Assembly (NCBI GenBank): GCA_026914245.1
Contig: CP110440.1
Coordinates: forward strand, 3,906,001-3,970,000
Reading direction: 5' to 3'
DNA length: 64,000 nucleotides
From: Puccinia triticina
Lineage: Eukaryota
Shown here: in pieces, positions 47,828 to 60,668 of the stretch
How the letters are laid out: every line of letters begins with the position of its first letter
Position numbering within the stretch: the first letter of the stretch is position 1
The notes under the pieces: generated by a model
Told to the model about the DNA's origin: nothing
The model's database searches: none
The model's input: only the letters and a program-made list of their open reading frames with translations
Position numbers and translations under genes: made by a program

Positions 47828-50800
47828 GCCAGCCCGGGAAACGAGGCCCAGGCGGGGAGAACGAACGCCGTGAGTACATACACAGTCCTGCTGGGCCCAG
47901 CCATGCAAACTCACGCGTTCCGACCAGATCCAGGCCCACCTCCCCGCGGAGCGAATCCCGTCCCAGATCCCACCAGCACCCTCTCCACTGGACCACCCCC
48001 ACCCCCCGAGCCGGCCCAGCTGCGCTCGCCCTTCGAGCCCAAGGACGGCCAGCAGCTCGGCCCATCGCCGGCCGCCTCGCCCGATCTTCGCACGAACCGC
48101 CCATCGACTGCCCAGGGAAGAGCGGCCGACGACGAGCCGAGCGACATCAAGGAGAACCTGGCCTTCTGGTCCTCCAGGTCCGCCGCCTGGACCCCCAAGA
48201 CCGCCGCAACCCCCGCCACCACCTTCGTCAAGCTCATCGCACGCGCAGACATCCTCGCCCTCCCCCCCATCGTCTCCATCGACTTCGTCCAGCGCTTCTT
48301 CGCCTACCATGTCGCCGCCGCCCTCGTCCGCCTCTTCCAGCACAACAACCATCCCCTCCCCGACTCGCTTCTCGCCCGCACTCGCAGACTCAAGCTCCGC
48401 CTGGACACGCCCTGGGAGACCTTGCAAGCCAACTTCCTCAAAGCTGTCCGTCCAAAACCCCCACCCCCTGCTGAATCCATCTGAGCCGACCCCATCTGAC
48501 ATGCTCTGTTTCCCAACAGCGTCAACTGTTTATCTCCAACAGAGAAGCCGGTCTGCCGCCCGACCCGAGTCTGCGCAGCTACGTCGTGCCGTTTACGGAC
48601 CTAGAGGAGATCCACCAGAAGGCGGCCAAGCTGCGCGAGCAGGCACGGCTGGAGGCGCAGGGCCACTTCGACCGTCTAGTTCCCGGCCGGCGCGGGCCTG
48701 CTCCCCCCCTCATCCCGCCCGCACTCCTGCCCTCGCCGGCGACGGACCCCAGTCGAGCCGATTCGGCTGCCCCGACCAGCCACGAGAGTCTGGATGGGCC
48801 TCCACCGACAATCCCCGCGCCTGCGCTCCCGGATGATGCTTCTGCCGAGCTTGGAGAGCCACAGCACGCGTCTGCTGGCCCGGCCGAGGCGTCGTCGGCA
48901 GATCAGACGCCGATCCCGCCGGTTGCGCCGGCCGCTCTCGAGCCTGCGCCCGCCCACCAGGCCCCGGATCGATCGCCGAGTGCTCCGGAGCTGGAGGACG
49001 CGGATCTGGCGGCCCTGGCGGGGCTGGTGGGTGGGACGAGTGCCAAGCCCGAGGACCCCACCGGCCCCGCTCGCCTCACCCATCCGCCCGCCTCGCCCGC
49101 CTCGCCGGGTGCGCCGGTGCATGCCCAGCCAAGGCCGGCCGCGGCGCCCGGCCCGGCCGCCGTCCTGGCCAATCCGCTCCCGTCCCCGCCCAGCTCGGCG
49201 ACCCCGCTGGCGACGAGCGATCCCAGGAGGCCCAGCGACCCCGGCGGTAGTCTTCTTCCTGCAGGGCCCGCGCCTGCTGCCCCGCGCCTGGCCCTCGATG
49301 CACCCGCCCCGGAGACGCCCGCCGGCCCCTCCACTGCCGTCCCAGCCTCGTGCACTTTCACCCGCCGCGTCCTCCACAGACTCTCCATCCCCGGCCCCGC
49401 GCAGGCTTCCCCCTTCTCCCCCCTCCAGCAGCTCCAGTTGCTGGAGGCCCAACGGTTTCATCATCAGCAGCTTCCACACCAACAACAGCCGCTTCCACAA
49501 CAGCAACATCAGCTTCCACAACAACACCAGCAGCTTCCACAACAACCACAGCCGCTTTCACAACAACCACAGCTTCCGCAACAACAACCACAACAACTCC
49601 AGCTTCAACAGCAGCAGCAGCAGCCACAACAACTCCAGCCTCAACAGCAGCAGCTTCCACCGCAGCAGCAACAACAGCAACTTCAGCTCCAAACGCCGTC
49701 GCAGCAACAGCTACTGCAACAACAATTGCAGCAGCAACAGCTGCAGCTACAGCAGCAGCTTCACCAGAAGCGCCAACAGCTTCAGCTTCACGTGCAGAAT
49801 CACCAGCAACAGCAGCAGCCGAATCAACAGCAACAGCTACAACAGCTACAACTACAGCAGCAGCAGCAGCAGCAACACCACCACCAGCATCAACAACTAC
49901 AGCTTCAACAGCAGCAGCAGCAGCAGCAGCACCAACTGCAACTGCAACAGAGAGGAACCTATCAGGACCAACAGTCTCCGATCCAACATGGCTATCGCAG
50001 ACAGTCTCTATCCGCAGAGATCAGTCCAAATCAAGAATCATTCCCGACTGCTGAGCTGCTTCGACGACCGATCCAGCCCTCTTACAGCGGCTCGCCCGTG
50101 GGCACGCTGACGACTCGAGCAGAGAACTATCCTCTAGTTAGCAGCAGCAGCACCTCGCCCGCCGTCCCGGGGGTGCATGGACCACCAGAGGAGACCGGGC
50201 CGCCTCCATTGACAGAGCTGCAGCTCCAAGCACGCCATTCGCAGGAGCTTGCGGCGCTCGAGCAACAATACTTCCGCTGCGTCAATCAGGTCGAGGGTCA
50301 GTTCAACGAGTACATCCGCGCCCAGCCCGACCCCCTCTTGCGCATCCGGGCCGCCCAGCTCCGGGAACAGAAACTTGTCGACGGCAAGGCTCGCTACGAC
50401 CAGTTCATGATCAACACTGTCGCCAGACACCGCGCGGAGGTCCAGCTCAATCGTGCGCGGGTTCAGCAGCAGCAGCAGCATCGGTTCAGAGCCCCGGCCC
50501 GGCCCGGCCCTGGCCCTGCCACTCTCGCCCGGCTCCCTCAGTCCCCGTCCATTGCCCCCGTCCACATGCACCACCACCATCCTCTTCCGCCGCCCCCCAA
50601 CGACCCTTCCCAGGCCCTTCCCAACGACGCCGAGCTGGAGATCGAGATCCTGAGCTCGACCGCGCCCTCGGACCGCAAGCGGACCTTCAGCCACTCATCC
50701 ATGGCCCCTCGTCCCTCCTCCTCGCCCTCGCCCTCCGCCGCCTCCTCCATCTCCCCCGCCGCCTCCTTCCGCCACCTCCCCGTCGCCTTCCTCCCCTCCG

Positions 50801-51753
50801 CCACCGCCCCATCCGACCACACCAAACGCGCCCGCAAACAGGAGAATATGAGTATCCTCATGAGGGTCGGCAGGGCCATCGACTGGGGCTCCCCTGATCC
50901 CCCCCTCGCTTCCTCTTCTGCGACTGCCGCCGACACCCTCCTCAGCCACCAGCCTCGCGCCCTCCTGCCCCCGCCCCCATCGCCACTCACTCCCCACCCC
51001 GGCCCGCATCCCCTTCCGCCCCCGCCATCGGCGACTTCGGCTCGCCAAACAGAGCCCGGTGCCGAAGCCGGCACCAGTGGGGCTGGCGAGCCAGACGAAG
51101 AAGCATCGGGCACTGCCGTCCCCTCGTCGTCGGCGATCCCTGGGGAAGACATCGCAGCTCCTGGCCACGAAGACGAGGCTCCCGTCGCCGCCATCCCTCG
51201 CGCCCTCCTCCCCCCGCCCCAGCAGAAGGAGACGCCGCCGCAGGCCGATCATGGGCAGCCTCAAGAGGAGCCCCTTCTTCCCCCGTCCTACTCCGGCCCT
51301 GAGGCCGCCCCCATGCCCTCTGCCGCCATCGCGCCTCGGCCCCCCGCCCCGCTCCGCTCCCCGCACACCCTCGACCCGGCTGCTTCCGCTCTCAACCCCG
51401 CCGACCCTGGCCCGCCTTCGCTCACGCCCCTGTCGCCCGCCGAGGCCGCTATCCGCCCTCTCAGCCCCCCTCAACCGACCCGTCCCACACAACCGAGCCT
51501 CGCCACTCAACCGACCCGTCCCACACAACCGACCCGTCCCACCCAACCGAGCCTCCCCACCCAACCGACCCGCGCCGCCGCTGCGGCCCCTATGGAGTTC
51601 ATCACCCTGCCGCTCCCTCCCCGCCTGCCCCCCTCCTCGGCCCGCCCGCATCCTCCCCCACGCCGTCCGCCTTCCCCTCCCCTCGAGCCGGATGCGCTGG
51701 ACATGGAGGCCTACCTCGCCAAGTGGATCACCATCCCGCTTCCTCGTCGCTAA
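47767..51753 (+). CDS. Low-complexity Gln/Pro-rich protein of unknown function
   Basis: 1055-codon terminal ORF with polyQ tract; plausible upstream exons 47767-47869 and 47928-48447 with GT-AG introns. Confidence 0.7.
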
Positions 51754-52604
51754 AACCTTCCCCCCCCCCCCCCCCCTTTTCTTGGCTTGTACTCGTTTTT
51801 ACCTATCGTCGCTATCTATCAGGCTCGTCGTCTTTGCCCCGTTTCTGCTTATATACTTGTATGGGCGTGTCCTTATCCGATGAGTTTCTGTTTGTTTATG
51901 ACTCCCGAAAATCGCCACACTAACGCTACCGTCAATAGGAGTATGTTGCCCCGAAAAATGAAGATGAGCCCAGGATGGTGTGCTGTCCCTCTGAGAAGAG
52001 TGTCGAGCCCACAGGGCTGCTTGTTCAGAGGCGCAGGTGCGGGAGGATGTCTGGGAAGCTTAGCATCCATTGAGTACTTCTGATCCACACACACAAAGCA
52101 CCTTGGTCCCTCCTAGGGTTGATCCTCAGGTCCACAGCGCAGTGTGCAGCTGTGAAAAAGTTGAGAGAAGTTATACACCCCCCCCCCCCCCATGTTTTTC
52201 TTACCAGGGATAAAGGGACTCCTGGCCGCGCTGAGATAGCAGGCAAGCGTCTCCTTCGCAGATGCTTGGCACCCTCTTTGAGAGGCTTGGTTAGGCTTGT
52301 CTCCACGCTTCTCAGGTTGGGGGTGCTGATCACCGGCTCCCCTGTTTCGCCCCTCTTTCCTCCCGCGCACTTGCAACAGTCTGAGAGCTTAAACTGAGAA
52401 GGTATAACACAAGCTGGGGGGGGGGGGGTCAGTCCGAGGTGCATTATGTATCTTTGTGGCATTTTTTGTGAAGGAGAAAGTTTAGAAAACTCATGGTACT
52501 AGGGTTTTAATAAACTTTGGTTTGTAAAAAGAAAGAATACAAGAAGAGATCTCCAATCTCAAGAAGAAGAAAATGGGCAAATTTGAAACCATAACTACAT
52601 ATCA

Positions 52605-55245
52605 TCAATCAAGATCTTCACAAGTATTTTTCTTGACTGGCTTGATCCAGTTTGTCAACTCAGACCTTGCAAGAGCCCCAAGCCTTTGGAAATTTGTAGG
52701 CATTCTGAAATCAATTCGATCTTTCCATGGGACATTTTTGAATGATCTTTTTTTCTGATGTTTTGCATAATCATATTTGAACAGTCTTGTGCTCCTGTTG
52801 ATCAGAAACTCAAAAAAACACATATCTGCCACAAAGAAATGATGATACTTCTTATAATTTCTATTTTTGTAGTAATATCCAAGTGTATTTGCTGCAATCT
52901 GCCCCAAAATCACATCATATTGCTGTAAAAATGAAACCATGCTCCCTCCCTTTGTAGAATGAACTTCAAACTTGTCTTCATTTTGTTCCAGAGTAAATAT
53001 TTCCAACAACAGATCCACAATTTTTCCATGAATCATATCATGGGATGATGTCGTTTTTCCCAAATTTGCACCCAGATTTCTCTCTTCTTTCTTCTGGATG
53101 TCTGAAAATAAAGACAAGAAAAACATTTGTACTGACTTCTGCTCATCAACATAATCTTCTGCTAGGAATTCCCCACCAAAGAACTCAATCATATGTCCAT
53201 TCAATCCCCAAAGAATGTCAAATACTACATCTAAGGTTGTGAAGATCTGCTCTTCAGAAATTCTCTGAAGCTTCAACATCTTTTCTGGATCCAAAAGCCT
53301 TCCAGAAATCTTTCCAAGGCAACTCTTCACTTCATTGGTTATTTTCTGAGAGATTGGCAGGAATAATTTGTCATAACCTAACCTCTTATTCAATTTAACT
53401 CTTGATATCCAAGCCCATTCTATTTCAAGTATATCTTCCAAATCAAAATTCCTGACCATCTCAAACTCATGCATTTCTGACAAGCTGGTTTGGTGGAAAA
53501 CTGGCCTCACATGATTTTGAAATTGGACCTGCTCAGGATTTAGAAAATCTGGAATTGAAGTCAACAATACTAGGGGGGGAAACGCCTTCCAAGCAATGAG
53601 GAATTGAAGGTTTCCTCTTGAATCCCCAACCAAGCCTTGGATTGATTTTCCTATTTCTGTGTTCCTGAATTGTTTCAGTTGAAAAAGAAGATTGTCACCA
53701 TCTCCAAAAATGTACTCCCATTTCCCCCTGCTCATGGTTTGATAGTAATGACCAAGGAGATGAAAAACTGATTGATTTCTGAGCATTTGTGGTTTTGATA
53801 CCAGCAGATGCCGTTTTTTCACCTCCTTGAAGTTACAGTACACTTGGTATGCAGTCATGTCTGCTGCTTCATGAATTGATTGTTTCATTTGCTGATAAAT
53901 CTTTGCTGCATCACTCTCAAACCATTTTTGATGATTGTGGGTCACATTCAAAATTGCTGCTTTTTGCTTGCAGACAGACATAAAATCCAAAAACCACTGC
54001 TGAAGTCTTCTTTGTTCATCAATATAATTTGGTCCTGATTTCAAACTCCCAAAAGTCTTCAAGATTTGGTGATTTGCAACCCACAAGAGCTTAGTAATAT
54101 TTTGTAATCTGTTTTTGATATGACATGCCCAGCAAGATTCCTTTTCTGATTTTTTGCGTTTTACCCATTGGTTGCTAAGGTATGACCTCTGCAGCCCATT
54201 ACCATTACCTCTTAAATTCTTCCTTAGTTCATCTAAAATTGAGTCTTCCAAATGGCCAAAAACAATTGATATCCAAGCCCAGAAATGGGAATTTACCTGC
54301 AGATCATCATTTCTGATGGTAATCTTTCCAGTTTTTTCTAGGGTAGCTGGGGTTGGACTGATATCACTTTTGATATGTTTCAACTTATTTGGATTACCTG
54401 TTGCAAAAACCAGATCATTGTTTTGGGAGTGTGCACTTGATGCATCAATGGATCTATGTCCGTCTTTTGAAAGCCTCTCCACTGGTTTACAGGATTTGAG
54501 TCCAAGATTGTTCAAAGGAGCTGGACTGGGTTTTTCCAACACTTTGTTGATGTCCCCTGCAATTGGGTAGGTTGGATGATTCGAATCTGAATTAAACCAT
54601 AGCCAGATCATTTGATTTGGTGTCTCCATGATTATTTTGATATTTTTGGATGGAAAAATCTCGGGCTGGTGAACTCACCGCTCAAATTCTTCTTTTGGGG
54701 GGGACGGCTTGATGTGCCAGCCGCTACGCCAGTTGCAACCCAATTGGGGAAAGCCAAGGATAAGTCAAAATCCAGCTTTTGACGTTTTGGACCCAGTTGA
54801 CTCAATGGATAAACCTCATCATCTTGAGTCTTGAAATCAGATTTCCCAAAGGATGATGTGTCTCCACTTTGACTACCTCGGCCTGGTACGCCACGATCAT
54901 CTGTGGAGTATCATTAAGAAGACCTCAAAGAATGTCCATGTTATATTGTGCAAGGCTGCCGCGACCATGAAAACGCCCCCGGAGACTCACCAAATAGTGG
55001 CAATATTTTCAATTGGTCCTTTGATCCAGTACCTGAGAAGAGCATGTTATATCCTATGCGCACCCAGGGGCCCGAGTCAGTGAGGCTTGAGAAGATCTTG
55101 GGAGGGAGGTGTGAACTAGGTTACCTTGCCCCTCCTCTGCGCGTGGAAGTAGATCTGGAAACAGATCCAAGCTGTGTCTCATCATTAAACAGAGGAAGGG
55201 GGCCTGAAGCAAGGCTAAAAGCCCAAATTTGCAGAGGTTTTGCAT
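52605..55245 (-). CDS. Predicted secreted 788-aa protein with an internal domain duplication, candidate effector
   Basis: Exons 55245-55125, 55032-54991, 54900-54679, 54586-52605 splice in frame (2367 nt); N-terminus MQNLCKFGLLALLQAPFLCL. Confidence 0.72.
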
Positions 55246-56090
55246 CTTTCAAGCATTCAATGGCAAGCGCTCAAAGGGGAGGAAGTGCCGGAGAAAACTT
55301 CAAAGCTGGTACTGCCGCGATCAAACAATATGACGAGATGACCCCATCAGTACCCTACCAAACCTTTTCCGTCCAGTTTTGCAGTCCAGTCCGTATCCTC
55401 GGGGGTTGGCACCGATCTGAAACAATCTGTCTGATATGTTGAACGATACACGGGAATTTGTACGCTGCGTGCGCGCAAGAGAAGTTTAATGCTGCTGCGC
55501 AACTGACCTCTGCGATGAAGCCGTCACTCGCCACCGACTTGAATTGTGAAAGCCTCTGTAAAAATAATCAGCTTCTTGAACTCGCCTGTTTTCGGAGGAA
55601 GGTATATGCTGCGCGGCTGTAATATTTTTGATGGTCCGAAGGGCAGTCCGGCAGGGTCTCTGTCTCATATTTCGGAGGGGCGCTTCAGGGAGGGAAGTGT
55701 GCTCGAGTTCCCTTGATTGACAAAAATTTGATGTGGGTGTTAGAGCATGAAGTTCCAGAATCTGAATGAAGACAAATTTACCACGAGATTCAATAATGCA
55801 TGGAAAATAGTTACTTTTTTGTGTTCTACACCAAAGGTGAAGAGTAGGGGATAGTTGAAAAGTGGAAATTCTTCCCTCTTTACTGGCTCAGAACTGGGTT
55901 ATGGTAGTAGTCAATTCTGGTCCTACAGAAATTTTGAGAGAAATAGCCTCTGAGAGGTACGGACCGGTCATAGAAAGGCCACATTCATCTTGATGAGCGG
56001 TACAGGCTGGTCATTGAGAGGGCATCAAGAGTGATGTGCCCTCTTGATGACCAGAACGGACCGGTCATTGAGAAAATTGATTCCTGGCAA

Positions 56091-56513
56091 CAAGGGTGGG
56101 CCGCTACGCTACACTACGCTACAGGGCCACTTAGCGTTAGCGTAGCGGCAAAAAGCGCCCGCCCATTTTGAGTAGCGTTAGCGCGCTGTTAGCGCCGCTA
56201 CGCTGCGCTACGTTTCAGCGGCGCTAACAGCGCGCCAATTGTTTGTTAGTGTTAGCGCGCCGCTACAGTCACTACGCTGCGCTACAGCGCTTTTAGCGGA
56301 AAAAAAGGCCTTTTTTCAGCTAAAAGCACTGGCGCACCGTAGCGCGCGCTCTTTTGCGCCCTGCTTGTGTAGCGTTAGCGCAATTGCGCGCATCTGCGCT
56401 AACGCTACAATAACAGCTAAATTAGCTGCGCACCCTTTGGGCGTAGCGTTAGCGCAGAGAAGGCGCAATTCCGCTACGCTAACGCTACGGTTAGCGTAGC
56501 TGGCCCACTGTTG
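56091..56513. mobile_element. Second copy of the CAA...TTG MITE
   Basis: Near-identical to 3239-3705; 7-bp TSD ctggcaa (56084-56090, 56514-56520). Confidence 0.85.
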
Positions 56514-59049
56514 CTGGCAATGACAGGAATAGACCAGTCATTGAGAGGATTGATTCCTACGGATGGCTGGTGTGTCTCAACCTGGCCACCTGCCGCCGCA
56601 GGGCACCCCCCATATGCAGATAGTTTTTTGGGGGGAGCTGGTGGTGCGCATGTGTAAAAACCCCGGGGAAGGAAGAAAAGGTACCACCCAACTACACAAT
56701 CGTAGCAGGCATCAACTCTCCCCCGGAGAGGTATAACACCAGGCCATAACAGAGGGAGGCCTGAATTCAATTCCCTTCGTGCGCAAAGTAAATCTTTTCA
56801 TTTTTTTTTGTATGCTGTTTTTGATTGCGCTCATTTGTGGGTAATTTTGTCAAATTGTTTGTGCAAGCACTATATATTTGTGCAATGTTCTCTTTTCACA
56901 AAGTAAAAATCAACAGCCCCAGGGATTTATTGTCACTACCCTCTGCGACAGGATTGGGCAACTTGTTTGGGCCAAAACAAAGGCACTGTGGGGGAGTCGA
57001 ACCCCCGACTGAGTCATTTGGTCTCTCCACTCCTGGGGAACTTGCCGAGTACTCAACACGGCGCAATCGTTGCTGGCGAACTGTTCGCCAGCTGCGCCGC
57101 GCCGCAGGTCTAGCCCCCAGCTGGAAGAGGCTTTGGCCTCGACGCCGGGGGCTCTACAAGCGGGCTATCGACGCGCCCATGCATGAGGCTTGACACGACC
57201 ACAAGTCTGGCTAAGCCCAGCAGTACGTGTCCAATCCCCCAGGCTGAAGGTATACGCAAGGAGACCCCGGTTTACCACTAGCCTAACAGCGCACACGAAT
57301 GTGAGTACTCATGACTTTAGGGACTTTACCAGTACACTTGAGGTTTCCGGTTCAATCCCCGGGTTAGCAATCTAATCTTGCCCATTACTGGAAGCGCAGC
57401 GGGAAGTGTTAAGTTCCGTGGAAACAAAAAACGCGCCCCCTCTCAAGCGCCGGTGGCGTGACTGTTACAGATACCGCCGCTACCGACCAATAAAGAAGTA
57501 AAAAGCCTCATCCAGCCATAAGGCGAAACATAGGCAGCTGGAAGCGGGAATGTCCCTGGAACACTTCTGCATTGAGTTCTGCATTGAGTGACCCCCGACG
57601 GGTCACAACCGCTCTGGGAAGACCAAAGGAGTTACCGGCTCCAGCCGCACCCTGGGCAAAGTCCTCTGATATATAAGAGGGAACATCTCCCCTCTTTTCC
57701 CCATTGCTCAGCCACCAGAGCAAATTCTGTCCTCCTTAGTCTCTACGCGCCCTAGTGAGCGCTGTCGAGGAATTTGTCCCTTTTTAATTTTTTCGCCACC
57801 ACCCGCCCACCCTGGGTCTGAGGTCGTACCCCCCTCGCCCTGTGGCGAGATCATTTGTTTTTGTAAAGGTTTCCTCTCCCTCCGCTACGAAGTCGTGCGG
57901 CGCAGCTTCCCCTCGTCTCGAGGTCAAGCTGACGTCCTGTGCACGTCTTCCGGAGTGAGGCACCTTACCCACGACCCTCACTCGGCTAGCTTGGGAAGCA
58001 GTATACACACTCTTCCGGGCTAGCCTACAGTGCCCCCCACGACTTCTCAACTACCCCTACAGGGGGGTTCCAAATTTTGGAGATTTTTTTTCCAAAAACT
58101 CTTTTAAAAGTGGGTTGATGCTGGGCTCTTTTTGGCCCATTTTTTGATGCAAATGTCACATTTCACCAACCAGACCTGGTAACATGCATGATAATAGTCC
58201 AAAGTCATTGAAATTTCACTGGACCCGCTGCCAAGAGAGCAATGAAGAAATATTCTTCACATTGCCACATTCCAAAGAGTGTACTGATGGATATGGCAAT
58301 CAACAATAACTAAGGAGGTACATGTTTACATAAATACCTACACCTGTAGTATGTATGTACATAGATAATTTAGTCTCTAAATACATAATAAATATTCTAT
58401 AAGTCCATAGTACATGTCTGTAACCACATACTATGGTCTTAAAACCAGCTGTTCCAAATTTTGCATCTGAAAAAAATGAAACTTTTTTTTGAGGCATTGC
58501 ACAGACTTCAAAGTTATATTTTTGAGCTCTCCTACGTCTTTAGGGCTCAAAAATGTATAGTTTACATGTGATACATGTCTGGTGACTTTGAACACATTGT
58601 TCAAAGTTCAATTTTTTTTTGCAGGTGTGGGGTAGTTGAGAAGTCGTGGGGGGCACTGTAGGCTTCTGGATACTACCAGAGCTGAAAAAGTAAAACAAAT
58701 TGAAATCCACACGTATCCTTACTGGTGTTAAGGCATGAGGAACATCTGCATGTCTCCGGGTATGAGCGATCAAGATTATCGTACCCCGCCGTAGGCAAGC
58801 CAAGCCAAGTGTCCGTGGCACGGGAGACCCCCCGGGCTCCCCGCTCCGCTTGCTGGCCCACGCAGTAACAGTGACACGGACGAGTCGTCCAAGTTTGAGA
58901 CTGCGGGAACTCAGTTTGCATAAATAATTACCATTCAATGAGAAGCCTGGCTGTTGTTTCATACAGCTTTCAGCTAGGACCCACTCACTTGGGCTCACGT
59001 TTGCAGAATATGGTGAGCAAAACTACTAACATGAGGGAAAGAGAGACCT

Positions 59050-60006
59050 CCCTCCTGTGGGCCGTGCAGCGTTTGGCTGGTCGTGAAGCGAGCCCTCCCG
59101 GAGCGGACAAGTGACTGATGTCGCGTTGTTGACTTATACGTTGGGTGGGTGGGATGGTGTGCCAGCCAAGTGGCGAGGCGACCGGGTCGGAGGGAGCCTC
59201 AACAATCTCGCGCTTGCCCATGGTGGGGTCATTGACCGACCAGGGGAATACACGATATGAAGCCGACCGTCGTTCTTCGGTAGCCCCTTTGGGTAAGACG
59301 GGAAGATCCGCCTCGGACTTGGGCTGCGAGGGATTCCTACCAAGGGATCCGAGTGATGTCGGGAGGCGTTTAAACTCCTCAGTAAGAGCCGTTTGAATAG
59401 CGATGTGCTGAGAGTACGAGGGGAGAAAGGAGCTGACGAGGCATAAAAAGGGGTGTTCTCCACGCCCTCTCTATGACCTCAGCTCCCATCATTCTCCCAT
59501 CGCTCCGAGCATCACATCTCCTACAGTTCCTACCTATTTTTCTTTTCAGCACCACCCACCCACCCCGGCAAATAGCACACAGGGGGACGTAGGCATAGAC
59601 TGTAGGGTCTAGCTCCGATCCGGAGGGACTTGTACATATACTAAAACACCTTTCTGGCGTGAGTGTTTTCCAAGGTTTGGCTGGGAGTGCCCTTGTTTGC
59701 ATCACCCCACCTTCAATACTCAACATATCCTTTCCAGGTTTGAGCACATCATACATGTACATGTTCTTGCTTTTTCAGCATTTTTTCTAATGCAAAATCA
59801 TGACTACTTTGATAAACAGCCAGAAAAGCCAAACAACAAGAAATTGTGATGAGTAGTACAGAGGCCAGGAGGAAAAGTGTTCACAATGGCCTCTATATCA
59901 CGCCACGCTCACGCGAGCTTGGTGTTCTAGGGCATAAGCTTCTCTGGTGAGACTGCTGCCGCCCAGAACCGCTCACCACAAGTGTTGGCTTAGTTTTAAG
60001 CTCGGC
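59050..60006 (-). mobile_element. Relic homologous to the non-coding gag-pol spacer of the 4791 element
   Basis: 59050-59103 matches ~9270-9322, 59620-59810 matches ~9322-9505, 59810-60006 matches ~10840-11036. Confidence 0.75.
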
Positions 60007-60668
60007 ACAGTACGACGAAGAGCATTAGAAGACTTCCCTTAAACTCTCTAGGGAGCTACAGAGGCAGATCTGCAGCCTCTGGGATAGAATTCCCTTCAAA
60101 AATCTGCATTAAAGGCTGCAGATCTGGGTCTTTAGGGGGCTACAAAAACCAAGGGAAGTCTTCCATCCAAGCACGAAAAGTTATGCGACTTTGAAACCAA
60201 TAAACCCGCACATCTTATCACCATCAAGCAAAATGATGAGGTCCAGCCAAAGATGTGAGATGATGCATCGAATGATGGTCATTTACTTTGCAGATGTCTG
60301 TTGGCTTCAATTCGCCTCAAATTGAAGAACCCGACAATTAAAAGATGCTCACAATCACCCACTCGGCTCTTTCTCTCTCACAGGGCTTCTAGACTCCTCA
60401 TTGAGTTGCTCAGTAAAGGCTTAATACATGTCAAACATTGCTTTTCGTTCTCTTGGTGGGCGGAAGCATGGCAGATAAGAACACAAGGCAAAAACACGAT
60501 GCGTGGGGCTATGATAGGGGGGTAAGAGTCTGTCTATGTACCTCAGGGCTCAGCACCCCAAGGTTCTACCACCTTTTTTTTTCTGGGGGGTCATGATGAA
60601 CGGTTGGGAGCTGAGACAACACAAGAGATAAAGCTGCTGATGGAGTCCATGAATCATGCGTTTTATGT

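Noticed and set aside
45504..51883. Many overlapping antisense and alternate-frame ORFs
   Set aside because: Expected shadows of high-GC coding DNA
56975..57370. tRNA/SINE-like T-arm motifs (ggttcgactcccc on minus ~56990-57010; ggttcaatccc ~57350)
   Set aside because: Could not fold a full cloverleaf or define element ends
60028..60163. Small palindrome (gaagacttccctt / aagggaagtcttc)
   Set aside because: Probably a tiny MITE, but single copy with no TSD
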